From Sphingorhabdus sp. (GTDB lineage: Bacteria > Pseudomonadota > Alphaproteobacteria > Sphingomonadales > Sphingomonadaceae), in assembly GCF_044374345.1 (NCBI RefSeq), contig NZ_JBILOS010000001.1:1-62755 (forward strand): a DNA stretch of 62,755 nt. The letters run 5' to 3'. Positions 18,378 through 28,306 of this stretch are shown here, in pieces. The translations under genes and the position numbers were made by a program. The notes under the pieces are model-generated. The model did not search any database and was not told the DNA's origin. It was given only the letters and a program-made list of their open reading frames with translations. Within the stretch, counting starts at the first letter, position 1. Each line of letters begins with the position of its first letter.

Positions 18378-19910
18378 CTAGCCGAGGCACGCCTCAAGGA
18401 ACGGCTGGTCAAATCCGAACTGCCGCGCCTTTTCCAGCGTATAGGGACGAACGCCACCTGCGACCCACTCTCCGTGGATTTTGCCGTCAGAATCTTCATC
18501 GCGATATTCAAATTTGAACAGATCCTGTGTGACAATGACGTCGCCTTCCATTCCGATGACTTCCGTAATCTGGGTGGTGCGACGTGAACCATCGCGCAGA
18601 CGCTTCACCTGAACGATAAGGTCGACAGATTCCGCAATTTGGCGCGAAATGGCTTCTTTGGGTATTTTGATGTCGCCCATCATGATCATATTTTCCATAC
18701 GACCCAAGCATTCGCGCGGGTTGTTGGCGTGGAGCGTACACATGGACCCATCATGGCCGGTATTCATTGCGGCGAGGAGGTCGAAACATTCCGCGCCACG
18801 AATTTCGCCCAAGATGATCCGGTCAGGGCGCATACGCAGTGCGTTCTTCACAAGATCGCCGATGGTGATCGCGCCATCGCCTTCCAAGTTCGGAGGGCGC
18901 GTTTCAAGTGGGAGCCAATGCGGCTGCTGAAGCCGAAGCTCGGCGGCATCTTCGATCGTCAAAACGCGCTCGCCGGGGTCAATCATTTTCGACAAAGCGT
19001 TCAGCATTGTCGTTTTACCCGAACCCGTACCGCCCGAAATGACGATATTCATCCGGCTTGCCCCAGCGATCTTTAATGCCGTGGCCATAGGTTCGCTCAT
19101 CGAACCATAGCCCTTCAACATGTCGATGGTGATGGGCTTTTCAGAAAATTTACGAATTGAAATGGCAGTGCCGCGCAGGGACAGCGGGGGAACAATGACG
19201 TTCACACGGCTACCGTCTTTCAATCGGGCATCGGCCAAAGGCGTCGTTTGGTCAACGCGGCGACCGACTTGGTTCACGATGCGCTGCGCGATCTGGAACA
19301 AATGCTCTTCGTCACGAAACTGGATCGGCGCAATCTGCAGCTTTCCCTTTTTTTCGATATAGGTCTGCAACGGGCCATTGACCATGATATCGGTAATGTC
19401 CGGATCGCTGAGCAGCTCTTCAAGCGGACCGAAGCCGAGCAGTTCGTCGACGAGCACTTTTTCCAAAGCAAATTGTTCGCGGCGGTTAAGCGTCAGTTTG
19501 AGTTCGGCCAGCACTTCCAAAATGATCGGGCGAAACTCTTCGGTCAGCTCTTCTTTATTCAGCGATGCCGCCGCTTCGGGGTCCACACGCTCCAAAAGGC
19601 GCGGGAGAACCTGTTCTTTGATTTTGTGAACCGACGCTTCAAAACCTTGGGGGCCTTCATCGACTGGTGCCGCGTTGTTTGCACGGTCTGACAAGCGCGA
19701 CATAGCTTCCTGCATGGCGGTTTGTGGCCCGCCGTTATTGCCGCCGGTTAAATTTGCCGATTCAATGGGTGGAAATTGTTCGCCACCGCCCGTCGTTGGC
19801 GCGTCATCTGGCTGTTGCGCAATCGAGGGCCCACCGCCGGTCATGGGGCGCGCCACGCCAAATGATGAGCGCCCTAAAGACAAACCCGGTTTTTTCCCAA
19901 ATGCGCTCAC
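18378..19910 (-). CDS. cpaF: Tad/Flp pilus assembly ATPase
   Basis: GFGPLEELL, DIMVNG, GGTGSGKTT, TIEDAAEL, LRMRPDRIILGE, AMNTGHDGS. Probable GTG start at 19910. Confidence 0.93.
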   Translation of the reverse strand: MSAFGKKPGLSLGRSSFGVARPMTGGGPSIAQQPDDAPTTGGGEQFPPIESANLTGGNNGGPQTAMQEAMSRLSDRANNAAPVDEGPQGFEASVHKIKEQVLPRLLERVDPEAAASLNKEELTEEFRPIILEVLAELKLTLNRREQFALEKVLVDELLGFGPLEELLSDPDITDIMVNGPLQTYIEKKGKLQIAPIQFRDEEHLFQIAQRIVNQVGRRVDQTTPLADARLKDGSRVNVIVPPLSLRGTAISIRKFSEKPITIDMLKGYGSMSEPMATALKIAGASRMNIVISGGTGSGKTTMLNALSKMIDPGERVLTIEDAAELRLQQPHWLPLETRPPNLEGDGAITIGDLVKNALRMRPDRIILGEIRGAECFDLLAAMNTGHDGSMCTLHANNPRECLGRMENMIMMGDIKIPKEAISRQIAESVDLIVQVKRLRDGSRRTTQITEVIGMEGDVIVTQDLFKFEYRDEDSDGKIHGEWVAGGVRPYTLEKARQFGFDQPFLEACLG

Positions 19911-20075
19911 GTCATCCCGCTCCGATATTCTATGGACTAAGGATTTCTGGCTACCGACAAATGGTGAATAAATCGGTAACAGTTTGCTTTTATTGGGTTG
20001 CCCGACAAAGATTTCTGCCGCTTTGCATTCCCGGCAAACACTTTTAAGGGGGGCACGGTAATCGAGGGAAATCCA

Positions 20076-20957
20076 GTGCATGCATCGTCGGCCCGATCGG
20101 GTCTTTTATATGCCGTTTGCGGCTTTGCTCTGTTGTCTTTGGGCGATGCGGTCATCAAATCGATTGCCGGTGCCTGGCCCGGTACTGCCGTGGCGGCGCT
20201 GCGCTATTCGATCGGTGCGCTGGGCTTGGGGACGTTGTTGTACCTCAAGGAAGGCAGGCAGGGATTTGCTTTGCCCATGCCCAAAGTTCAGATCCTGCGC
20301 GGATTTGCCGTGGCGATGGCAACCATCTGTTTCTTTTTGTCGATCTTCGTCATGCCCTTGGCTGAGGCTACGGCAATTGGTTTTACAAGCCCGATGATCA
20401 CGGCGGTCTTGAGCGCCATTTTCCTGCACGAACGGACGAATGTGACCAAATGGACGGCCACATTTATTGCGTTTGGCGGCGTTCTTCTCATCATGCGGCC
20501 CAATGTTGCCGAATTGGGTTGGGTTGCCTTGTTGCCGCTCGCAGCTGCCATGTCGATGGCGCTTTTGATGATTGGTAATCGCGCCGTCGCTGGGGCAGGG
20601 ACACCGATTTTGATGCAATTTCTGGTCGCGTCGCTTGCGGTGCCATTCATCCTGACAGCGGCGGTTTTAGGGCATTTTTCGGGCGTTGCGACATTGCATA
20701 TAGGCATGCCGGACTGGACCATCGTGGCGCGCTGTGCCGTCGTTGCGGTCAGTGCAAGCTTTGCGCATTGGTTGATTTTTATGGCAACGACCCGCGCTTC
20801 GGCTGCGGACATCGCGCCGATGACATATGTCCAATTGTTGATGGCACTCGCGCTCGGCATATTGGTTTTTGGCGATTGGCCAGACATGACATCGCTTGCC
20901 GGGTCGGCGATCATTATCGCCAGCGGGCTTCTTTTGTGGCGCACGTCGCGCGCATAG
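20076..20957 (+). CDS. DMT/EamA family transporter
   Basis: Ten predicted TM segments; MPLAEATAIGFTSP, LLIMRP, IAPMTYVQL. Confidence 0.9.
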   Translation: MHASSARSGLLYAVCGFALLSLGDAVIKSIAGAWPGTAVAALRYSIGALGLGTLLYLKEGRQGFALPMPKVQILRGFAVAMATICFFLSIFVMPLAEATAIGFTSPMITAVLSAIFLHERTNVTKWTATFIAFGGVLLIMRPNVAELGWVALLPLAAAMSMALLMIGNRAVAGAGTPILMQFLVASLAVPFILTAAVLGHFSGVATLHIGMPDWTIVARCAVVAVSASFAHWLIFMATTRASAADIAPMTYVQLLMALALGILVFGDWPDMTSLAGSAIIIASGLLLWRTSRA

Positions 20958-21047
20958 TTCCACGGCAATTGCCTGCAATATGGTTAGCGACACGGCCGCT
21001 GCAAATTAGGAAAAGACTTGGCCAAAACGGGCTGCTATCGATCCGCC

Positions 21048-23864
21048 ATGTCAGACCAAAAGCATCTCTATCTCGTCGATGGCTCCGCCTATATTTTCCG
21101 TGCCTATCACCGGCTGCCCCCGCTCACCAATAAACATGGCGAGCCAGTTGGCGCGGTATATGGCTATACGACCATGCTGTGGAAGTTGGCGGACGACCTT
21201 AATCAAGCGGATGGTCCAACGCATATGGCCGTTGTCCTCGATAAATCGAGCCAGTCATTTCGCAACCGTATCTATGACCAATATAAGGCGCATAGGCCCG
21301 ATCCACCGGAGGATTTAAGGCCGCAATTCCCGATGATCCGGGATGCGACACGTGCGTTTTCTTTACCGCTGGTGGAAGAGGATGATGTCGAGGCCGACGA
21401 TATGATCGCAAGCTATGCGCGCGCCGCTTGCGCCGCCGGCTGGCATGTCACCATCGTCAGCAGCGACAAGGACCTAATGCAGTTGGTGGAACCATCTATC
21501 GACATGTTCGACACGATGAAAAACGAACGCATTCGCGCCGAGGAAGTATACGAAAAATTTGGTGTTGAACCCGACAGAGTTGGCGATGTGCTGGCGCTGA
21601 TGGGCGATAGCGTCGACAATGTGCCCGGTGTCCCCGGCGTCGGGCCAAAGACCGCGACGAAGCTTATTCAGGAATTTGGTGACCTCGAAAGCGTCTTGGC
21701 CGCCGCGCCTTCGATGAAGCCCTCCAAAATGCGCGATAATTTGATTGAGCATGCGGAAAAGGCGCGTCTGTCGAAAGTGCTGGTGACTTTGAAAGACGAC
21801 TGCCCGCTGCCCATCGCGATTGAAGACATGATTTTGGGGGCAATTCCGGAAGAGCCGCTCGTTGCGTTTTTGGAGCATCATGGGTTCAACTCGCTTTTGA
21901 AACGCATCGGCCATGTCGCAAATACCGCTGCCGCCAATAAAGCGATTGCCGGCAACCCGAAGGCTGCAAGCAAGGTCGATGGCCCCGTGTCCGCGCCCAC
22001 AGCGGGGGCCGCAGCGTTGCCGCCGGTCATGCCCAAAATTGATGTGTCGACCTATGAATGCGTCACGGATGTTGGTCGTCTGGACCATTGGATTTCCCGC
22101 GCCCGTGAAACAGGGACTTTGGGTTTCGACACCGAAACAGACAGCTTGCAAGCCGCGAGCGCCAATCTTGTGGGCTTCAGCCTGGCGGTCGCACCGGGGG
22201 AGGCATGTTATGTCCCGCTGGCACATGGCGGCACCGATATGTTCGCGGAAAAACCGGTTCAGATCGCACTGAACATAGCTTTGGAACGGTTGCGCCCACT
22301 GCTCAGCGACCCAAGCGTGCTGAAAATTGGCCAGAATCTGAAATATGACATGTCGGTGTTGGCGCGGCATGATGTGCACATAACGCCCTATGATGACACG
22401 ATGGTCATGAGCTTCGCCTTGGATGCGGGTCGTCAACTGCATGGCATGGATGAACTCGCCAAAACGCATTTGGGGCATGAATGCATCTCTTATAAAAGCG
22501 TCACCGGAACCGGTAAAAGCCAGATTGGGTTTGCCGCCGTCCCGCTGTCCGATGCGACCTGTTATGCGGCGGAAGATGCCGATGTGACCTTGCGGCTGTG
22601 GCACCACCTAAAGTTACGGCTGAGCCCTGAAAAGGCGACCAGCGTCTATGAACTGGTGGACCGCCCGCTTGTGCCCGTCCTGTCGCAGATGGAATGCTTA
22701 GGCATTAAAGTCGACCGAGCGGTGTTGGCGCGATTGTCGTCTGAATTCGCGGCGCAAATGGAGCTGCTCGAAAAGGAAATTCACGCCCTCGCCGGACAAC
22801 CGTTTACGATCGGCAGCCCACAGCAGTTGGGCGAAATCCTGTTTGGAAAAATGGGCTATAAGGGCGGTAAAAGGGGTAAATCGGGGCAATATTCGACCGA
22901 TGTGACCGTGCTGGAAGATCTGGCGGGGCAGGGCATCGACATTGCACGCAAGGTTCTGGATTGGCGGCAACTGGCCAAGCTCAAATCAACCTATACCGAC
23001 AGCCTGCAACAGCAGATTGACCCGAAAACAGGCCGTGTGCACACAAGCTATAGCCTAGTCGGCGCACAAACCGGGCGGCTGTCATCGACCGATCCGAACT
23101 TGCAGAATATTCCCATTCGTACCGAAACCGGTCGGCAGATCCGCGACGCTTTTGTGGCCGAACCCGGCAATGTGATCCTGTCTGCTGACTATAGCCAAAT
23201 CGAGCTCCGACTCGCGGCGCATTTTGCGGATGTGGAGCCCTTGCGCGATGCCTTTGAAAAGGGCGAAGACATTCATGCGCGCACGGCATTGGAACTGTTC
23301 GGCGAAGTAAACCGCGACACACGTGGCCGCGCCAAAACCATCAACTTTTCGATTCTATATGGCATTTCCCGCTGGGGTCTTTCGAAGCGTTTGGAATCGA
23401 CGCCTGACGAAGCGCAGGCGCTTATCGACGCCTATTTTCAACGCTTCCCGGGCATTTCAAATTATATTCAGGAGACGATGGCCACAGTCCGCGAATGCGG
23501 GCACTCGACGACATTGTTCGGCCGGAAAACATGGTTTCCGCGCATCACGTCGCCCAATCAGGCAGAACGGCAGGGCAGTGAACGCGCTGCAATCAATGCG
23601 CCGATTCAGGGGACAAGCGCTGACATCATTAAGCGCGCGATGGTGCAAATGGGGCCAGCGTTGAAAGCTGCTGGCTTAGGCCATGTGAAGATGCTGCTTC
23701 AGGTACATGACGAACTTGTGTTCGAACTGCCAGAGACGGATGTCGCCGCCGCAAGCGACGTCATCCGCGCGATTATGGCCGGGGCAGCCGAACCTTTGGT
23801 GAAGCTCACCGTCCCGCTCGGTATTGAAATCGGGACGGGACCAAGCTGGGGTGCGGCACACTAA
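21048..23864 (+). CDS. polA: DNA polymerase I
   Basis: 5'-3' exonuclease (LVDGS..FRAY, EADD, SSDKD), 3'-5' exonuclease (FDTET), polymerase motifs (SADYSQIELR, AKTINF..YG, LQVHDEL). Confidence 0.98.
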   Translation: MSDQKHLYLVDGSAYIFRAYHRLPPLTNKHGEPVGAVYGYTTMLWKLADDLNQADGPTHMAVVLDKSSQSFRNRIYDQYKAHRPDPPEDLRPQFPMIRDATRAFSLPLVEEDDVEADDMIASYARAACAAGWHVTIVSSDKDLMQLVEPSIDMFDTMKNERIRAEEVYEKFGVEPDRVGDVLALMGDSVDNVPGVPGVGPKTATKLIQEFGDLESVLAAAPSMKPSKMRDNLIEHAEKARLSKVLVTLKDDCPLPIAIEDMILGAIPEEPLVAFLEHHGFNSLLKRIGHVANTAAANKAIAGNPKAASKVDGPVSAPTAGAAALPPVMPKIDVSTYECVTDVGRLDHWISRARETGTLGFDTETDSLQAASANLVGFSLAVAPGEACYVPLAHGGTDMFAEKPVQIALNIALERLRPLLSDPSVLKIGQNLKYDMSVLARHDVHITPYDDTMVMSFALDAGRQLHGMDELAKTHLGHECISYKSVTGTGKSQIGFAAVPLSDATCYAAEDADVTLRLWHHLKLRLSPEKATSVYELVDRPLVPVLSQMECLGIKVDRAVLARLSSEFAAQMELLEKEIHALAGQPFTIGSPQQLGEILFGKMGYKGGKRGKSGQYSTDVTVLEDLAGQGIDIARKVLDWRQLAKLKSTYTDSLQQQIDPKTGRVHTSYSLVGAQTGRLSSTDPNLQNIPIRTETGRQIRDAFVAEPGNVILSADYSQIELRLAAHFADVEPLRDAFEKGEDIHARTALELFGEVNRDTRGRAKTINFSILYGISRWGLSKRLESTPDEAQALIDAYFQRFPGISNYIQETMATVRECGHSTTLFGRKTWFPRITSPNQAERQGSERAAINAPIQGTSADIIKRAMVQMGPALKAAGLGHVKMLLQVHDELVFELPETDVAAASDVIRAIMAGAAEPLVKLTVPLGIEIGTGPSWGAAH

Positions 23865-23894
23865 GGCGTCGCCGCCCTGGGCGTTTAAGCCCGC

Positions 23895-24788
23895 TCAGCC
23901 GCGATTGCGCGTTTGCACATATGTGCCGAGCAAGCGGACCGAGTTGCAATGAAAGCGCAGCTCATCCAGCGCGCGGTCAACGGCCGGGTCACCCGGCGCG
24001 CCTTCAATATCCGCGAAGAATTCGGTCGCGGCAAAGCTTGCGCCGTTTTGATAGCTTTCCAGCTTCGTCATATTGACGCCATTGGTCGCAAAGCCGCCCA
24101 TCGCTTTGTACAGGGCTGCAGGGACGTTCTTCACTTCAAAGATGAGCGTCGTCATTAATGTGCCCGTCGCCCCGGTGTTGTTAACGGGTTCACGCGACAA
24201 CACGACAAATCGCGTCGTATTGCTCGCATCATCCTGAACACCGTCGTTGATCGGGACCAAGCCGTACAGCTCAGCGGCGATTGGCGGCGCTATGGCAGCA
24301 GCCGACGTGTCATCATTGGCGGCAACAAAAGCAGCCGCAGCGGCCGTGTCTGCATAAGCGACCGGAATAATGCCATGCGAACGCAGATAATGGCGGCATT
24401 GGCCAAGTGCCTGCGGGTGGCTCATGGCTGTTTTCAATTCCGCATCGGCGGATTTCGCCATCAGGCAATGGCGGATCGGCATGAAATGTTCGGCGATGAT
24501 GCTGAGCCCAGATTCCGGCAGAAGAAAATGGATGTCCGCCACGCGGCCGTGCAGTGAATTCTCAATCGGAATAATCGCCCGCGCTGCCGATCCTTCTTTG
24601 ACGGCGTCAATGGCATCTTCGAACGAGAAACAGGGCAGGGGCAAGCAATCCGCATCATATTCCAACGCGGCAAGATGGGAATTTGCGCCGGGCGCACCTT
24701 GAAAGGCAATCGCTTTTGCAGGCTGTTCATGCGCAGCTAAAGTCATGGTTCTGACAAGAGCGAGTGCGGGTGCGGGGTAACTGTTCAT
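23895..24788 (-). CDS. pheA: Prephenate dehydratase
   Basis: IAFQGAPGANS, IPIENS, SHPQALGQC, NTTRF, ACT domain NMTKLES. Confidence 0.95.
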   Translation of the reverse strand: MNSYPAPALALVRTMTLAAHEQPAKAIAFQGAPGANSHLAALEYDADCLPLPCFSFEDAIDAVKEGSAARAIIPIENSLHGRVADIHFLLPESGLSIIAEHFMPIRHCLMAKSADAELKTAMSHPQALGQCRHYLRSHGIIPVAYADTAAAAAFVAANDDTSAAAIAPPIAAELYGLVPINDGVQDDASNTTRFVVLSREPVNNTGATGTLMTTLIFEVKNVPAALYKAMGGFATNGVNMTKLESYQNGASFAATEFFADIEGAPGDPAVDRALDELRFHCNSVRLLGTYVQTRNRG

Positions 24789-24934
24789 ATGGCCATCGCG
24801 ATAGGATAGCCAAACTTATCCGGCAAGTCTGGAATTGGACACTTGCACGGCCTTACTGACACTATTAGAGGGGCCTGAGAATCCGGACGTCAGACCGACG
24901 CCGGCTTAAAACCGCATTTCAGGGCTGATAACCA

Positions 24935-25570
24935 ATGGATGATCGTAGTAACACAATTGCAGGCTGGGTTTTGGCAGGCGGCATCGTCGCGCTCGGACTA
25001 AGCATCGTCTCGGGCATGTACTTCCATGGTAAAGCGCCTGAAAAAGAAGGTTTCGCGGTTGTAGCGGAAGCTGGCGGCGAATCCGGTGGTGCCGCTGCTG
25101 TGCCGATTGCAACATTGCTTGCCACTGCTGATGTTGCAAAGGGCGAAGCGGTTTTCAAAAAATGCGCAGCTTGCCACACCATTGCGCAAGGTGGCGCCAA
25201 TGGAATTGGTCCAAATCTTTGGGCCTCGATGGGTAAACCGCACGGCCATGTTGCGGGCTTTTCCTATTCGGATGCGCTGAAAAGCATTCCCGGCAACTGG
25301 GACTTCGAAGGCATGGACAAATGGCTTGCCAACCCTAAGAAATATGCGCCCGGCACGAAGATGACTTTTGCTGGCTTGGGTAACCCCGAAGAACGCGCAA
25401 ATTTGATCGCGTATCTCAATGCGCAGGGCTCAAACCTGCCGTTGCCACCGCCACCAGCAGCCGACGCCGCAGCACCTGCTGCTGATGCCGCAACTGGTGA
25501 AGCTGCTGCTGCGCCAGCGGCTGATGCCGCAGCGCCTGCAGCGCCTGCACCTGCACCTGCAGCAAAGTAA
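24935..25570 (+). CDS. Membrane-anchored class I cytochrome c (CycM-like) with Ala/Pro-rich tail
   Basis: N-terminal TM helix, CAACH heme motif, GPNL, PGTKMTF axial Met. Confidence 0.93.
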   Translation: MDDRSNTIAGWVLAGGIVALGLSIVSGMYFHGKAPEKEGFAVVAEAGGESGGAAAVPIATLLATADVAKGEAVFKKCAACHTIAQGGANGIGPNLWASMGKPHGHVAGFSYSDALKSIPGNWDFEGMDKWLANPKKYAPGTKMTFAGLGNPEERANLIAYLNAQGSNLPLPPPPAADAAAPAADAATGEAAAAPAADAAAPAAPAPAPAAK

Positions 25571-25580
25571 TCAGTTTAAG

Positions 25581-26447
25581 TCAGTTTGAGACTTCGTAGA
25601 AATCGCAGATAGCATTCCATGCTTCTTCTGCGGTTTCTACAAACTGGAAAAGTTCCAGATCACGTGGGCTGATGACGCCCTCGAGCATAAGCTCCTCAAA
25701 GTTCACAACACGGTTCCAGAATTCGCGACCAAAGAGCAGGATCGGCATCTTTTTGATCTTGCCGGTTTGGACAAGCGTGAGCAGTTCGAAAAATTCGTCG
25801 AACGTTCCAAAGCCACCGGGGAACACCGCGACGGCACGTGCACGCAGCAAGAAGTGCATTTTGCGCAACGCGAAATAGTGGAACTGGAAACTCAATCGCG
25901 GCGTCACAAACAGATTTGGCGCCTGCTCATGCGGAAGCACGATATTGAGGCCAACGGATTCCGCGCCAACGTCGTGCGCGCCGCGGTTGGCGGCTTCCAT
26001 GATGGATGGGCCCCCGCCCGAACAAACGACGAAGTGGCGTCGACCTTCTTCGTCCGTTACATTGGCTTGTCCCGCCAGCTGCGCAAGATGACGGGATTCG
26101 TCGTAGAAACGCGCCTTTTCCTTCATGCGTTCGGCGATGATTTTGGACCGCTCGTCGGTTGCGGCCGCGATCAAGGCATCTGCACCATCGGCTTCGGGAA
26201 TGCGCGCAGAGCCGTAGATCACCAACATCGATCCGATGTTAGCCTCGTCCAGCAACATTTCGGTTTTGAGCAGTTCCAGCTGGAAACGAACTGGCCGTAA
26301 ATCCTCACGCAACAGGAAGTCGGTGTCCTGAAATGCGAGCCGGTAAGACTTGCTTTGCGTTTGCGGGGTGGAGAGTTGCTGTTCAGCAAAGTCCGCTTCT
26401 TGTTGTGCTTTGTAGAAGCGGCGATCGTTAATTTTTGTGTCTGTCAT
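25581..26447 (-). CDS. LOG family (TIGR00730-like) Rossmann-fold protein
   Basis: YGSAR, SGGGPSIMEAANRGA, HYFALRK, PGGFGTFDE. Confidence 0.92.
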   Translation of the reverse strand: MTDTKINDRRFYKAQQEADFAEQQLSTPQTQSKSYRLAFQDTDFLLREDLRPVRFQLELLKTEMLLDEANIGSMLVIYGSARIPEADGADALIAAATDERSKIIAERMKEKARFYDESRHLAQLAGQANVTDEEGRRHFVVCSGGGPSIMEAANRGAHDVGAESVGLNIVLPHEQAPNLFVTPRLSFQFHYFALRKMHFLLRARAVAVFPGGFGTFDEFFELLTLVQTGKIKKMPILLFGREFWNRVVNFEELMLEGVISPRDLELFQFVETAEEAWNAICDFYEVSN

Positions 26448-26483
26448 TACCCTGCATATAGGGTGCAAGGGCGTGTTCTGCCA

Positions 26484-26517
26484 CCCCTCATCGGCAAAAG
26501 CCCCTCATCGGCAAAAG
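26484..26517. repeat. Perfect 17-bp tandem duplication over a stop codon
   Basis: cccctcatcggcaaaag twice (26484-26500, 26501-26517). Confidence 0.9.
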
Positions 26518-27176
26518 GATGTGCCGTTGCGCATCGATCGGGCCATGTCGAAATGGAAATGGTTTGCATGCGCAGCGTTATAATCGGGGCCAAGCACGGT
26601 GCCGAACCGTTTGCAGGCGGACTGGTGCAGGCGACGCAGGAACGCGCGCTCTTCGCTTGATCCGTTCCAGCCTGTGAGCACGGATACGCGGCGGCCATCG
26701 CGCAAAACGAACGCGGAGACATCGACGGCATTGGCAAAGGCATGTTCGGATAATTTGCCCGAACGTCCCCCATAGATGTTCCGGCAGTTGAACGTGCCCA
26801 TTGTCTCGATGCGGACGACCTCAGCGCCTAAATACTGCTTGGCGGCGGGACGCACGGCATAGCGTGCCCAATCGGTAAAGTTGGCGGCCAGCGGGCACGT
26901 CATCGCACCCAAATTGGTGGCCGGCGTGCCAAAATCCATAAGCTTGACCGTGTCGATCGTGCGGCACCCGCCGTCAAAACTTTTGTTGGGCAAGCCGGCA
27001 AAGCGGACTGACTTTTCTTTCAAACTTGCCAAGCACTGCCGCACATTTTCCGTTGTTGCGTTTGCACCCGTGCGTGTCGTTTTCGGGGCCTCACGCGCGC
27101 TGCAGGACGCCAATAGCAGCGCGCTCGCGACAAGCAGAATTCTTGGAGCAGTGACGGCGGCCATGTAAGATGTCAT
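26505..27176 (-). CDS. Extensin-like C-terminal domain lipoprotein
   Basis: Lipobox LASC; MGTFNCR, LSEHAFANAVDV, TVLGPDYNAAHANHFHFD. Confidence 0.88.
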   Translation of the reverse strand: MTSYMAAVTAPRILLVASALLLASCSAREAPKTTRTGANATTENVRQCLASLKEKSVRFAGLPNKSFDGGCRTIDTVKLMDFGTPATNLGAMTCPLAANFTDWARYAVRPAAKQYLGAEVVRIETMGTFNCRNIYGGRSGKLSEHAFANAVDVSAFVLRDGRRVSVLTGWNGSSEERAFLRRLHQSACKRFGTVLGPDYNAAHANHFHFDMARSMRNGTSFCR

Positions 27177-27298
27177 AGCAAAATCTTAGCGGTGTGCAGC
27201 ACCAAATCGACCCGATGAACGCGGTATCGCGGCAAAGGCGTGAATATTGATACAATTTCCGCGTTGCGCACAGTGGCTGGCGCGATTATCGCGGATGC

Positions 27299-27886
27299 AT
27301 GTTGCGAATCATTCTTAATAAGAAGTGGGTGTTTTGGATATTGCTGTCTTTGCCAGCGATATTGATGATGCGCAGCTTCTATGCGGGTGACCGCATCGCG
27401 ATGGATATGCTGCATCCGACAGGTGAATGGTCCGCGCGTTTTATGATTGTCGCGATGGTTTTAAGTCCGTTGTTGTCATTGCTGGGGCCACGCCCATGGC
27501 TTAGCTGGTTGATCCAGCGCCGCCGTGCGCTGGGTGTCGCTGCGTTCGCTTATGCGGTGCCCCATTTGGCTTTTTACCTCATCGATATGGGCAATATCGA
27601 CGACATCATTGCCGAATTTCTGGCGCTGGGCATCTGGACGGGCTGGGCGGCCATGCTGCTGTTTGTTCCGCTCGCGCTGACCAGTAATGATGCATCGATG
27701 CGCGCGCTGAAAGCGGGATGGAAGCGGCTGCAACGCCTTGTGTATCCCGCTGCCGTGCTTGTTCTGGTACACTGGATATTCATCCATAACAATCTAGGCC
27801 CAGCGCTCGTTCATTTCGCCCCATTGGCCTTGCTCGTGGCGGCACGCTTTTTTCTTCCCCGTAAATTTGCATTTAAAGGAGCATGA
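27299..27886 (+). CDS. Ferric reductase-like transmembrane protein (MsrQ/YedZ-like)
   Basis: HPTGEW, RRRALGVAAFAY...H, LALTSND, WKRLQRLVY...H. Confidence 0.88.
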   Translation: MLRIILNKKWVFWILLSLPAILMMRSFYAGDRIAMDMLHPTGEWSARFMIVAMVLSPLLSLLGPRPWLSWLIQRRRALGVAAFAYAVPHLAFYLIDMGNIDDIIAEFLALGIWTGWAAMLLFVPLALTSNDASMRALKAGWKRLQRLVYPAAVLVLVHWIFIHNNLGPALVHFAPLALLVAARFFLPRKFAFKGA

Positions 27887-28203
27887 ATATGCGTTTATTG
27901 ACTTCACTTTCACTCGCCGCAGCGACGGCAATTGCTTTCGCATCGGTACCGGCATCGGCAACCGGCGTTATCACCTGCAAGGCAGGACCGGTTTCGGGTT
28001 GGAAAAGCCAACAGGCACTTACCGATAAACTCACCAAAGAAGGCTGGACCGTCCGCAAAACCAAGGTCGATGGTGGTTGTTATGAAGTGTACGGCACAAC
28101 GCCAGAAGGCGACCGTGTTGAAGCCTATTTCCACCCTGTGACGCTTGAGAAATTATATGTTGGTCGCCGCGGCGAAGTTTTGTTTCGTAAGGCCGGTTAC
28201 TGA
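27883..28203 (+). CDS. PepSY domain secreted protein
   Basis: Signal peptide; C...W...L..EGWTVRKTKVDGGCYEVYG...VEAYFHP. Confidence 0.85.
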   Translation: MNMRLLTSLSLAAATAIAFASVPASATGVITCKAGPVSGWKSQQALTDKLTKEGWTVRKTKVDGGCYEVYGTTPEGDRVEAYFHPVTLEKLYVGRRGEVLFRKAGY

Positions 28204-28263
28204 TCACATTTTGCGATAGTCATTGACAAAGCCGGGGCTGCGCTTAAACGCGGCTCCGGGCCA

Positions 28264-28302
28264 CGCGGCCCCAACGCCGCGCTGCTCTCTGCAAGGAGAA
28301 GC
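28264..28302 (+). ncRNA. serC-leader-like cis-regulatory RNA
   Basis: Two hairpins: cgcggc-cccaac-gccgcg, and gct-ctct-GCAA-ggag-a-agc, which sequesters the GGAG RBS. Lies downstream of a TTGACA at 28223 and upstream of serC-serA, the context of the alphaproteobacterial serC motif. Confidence 0.5.
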
Positions 28303-28306
28303 TTAC

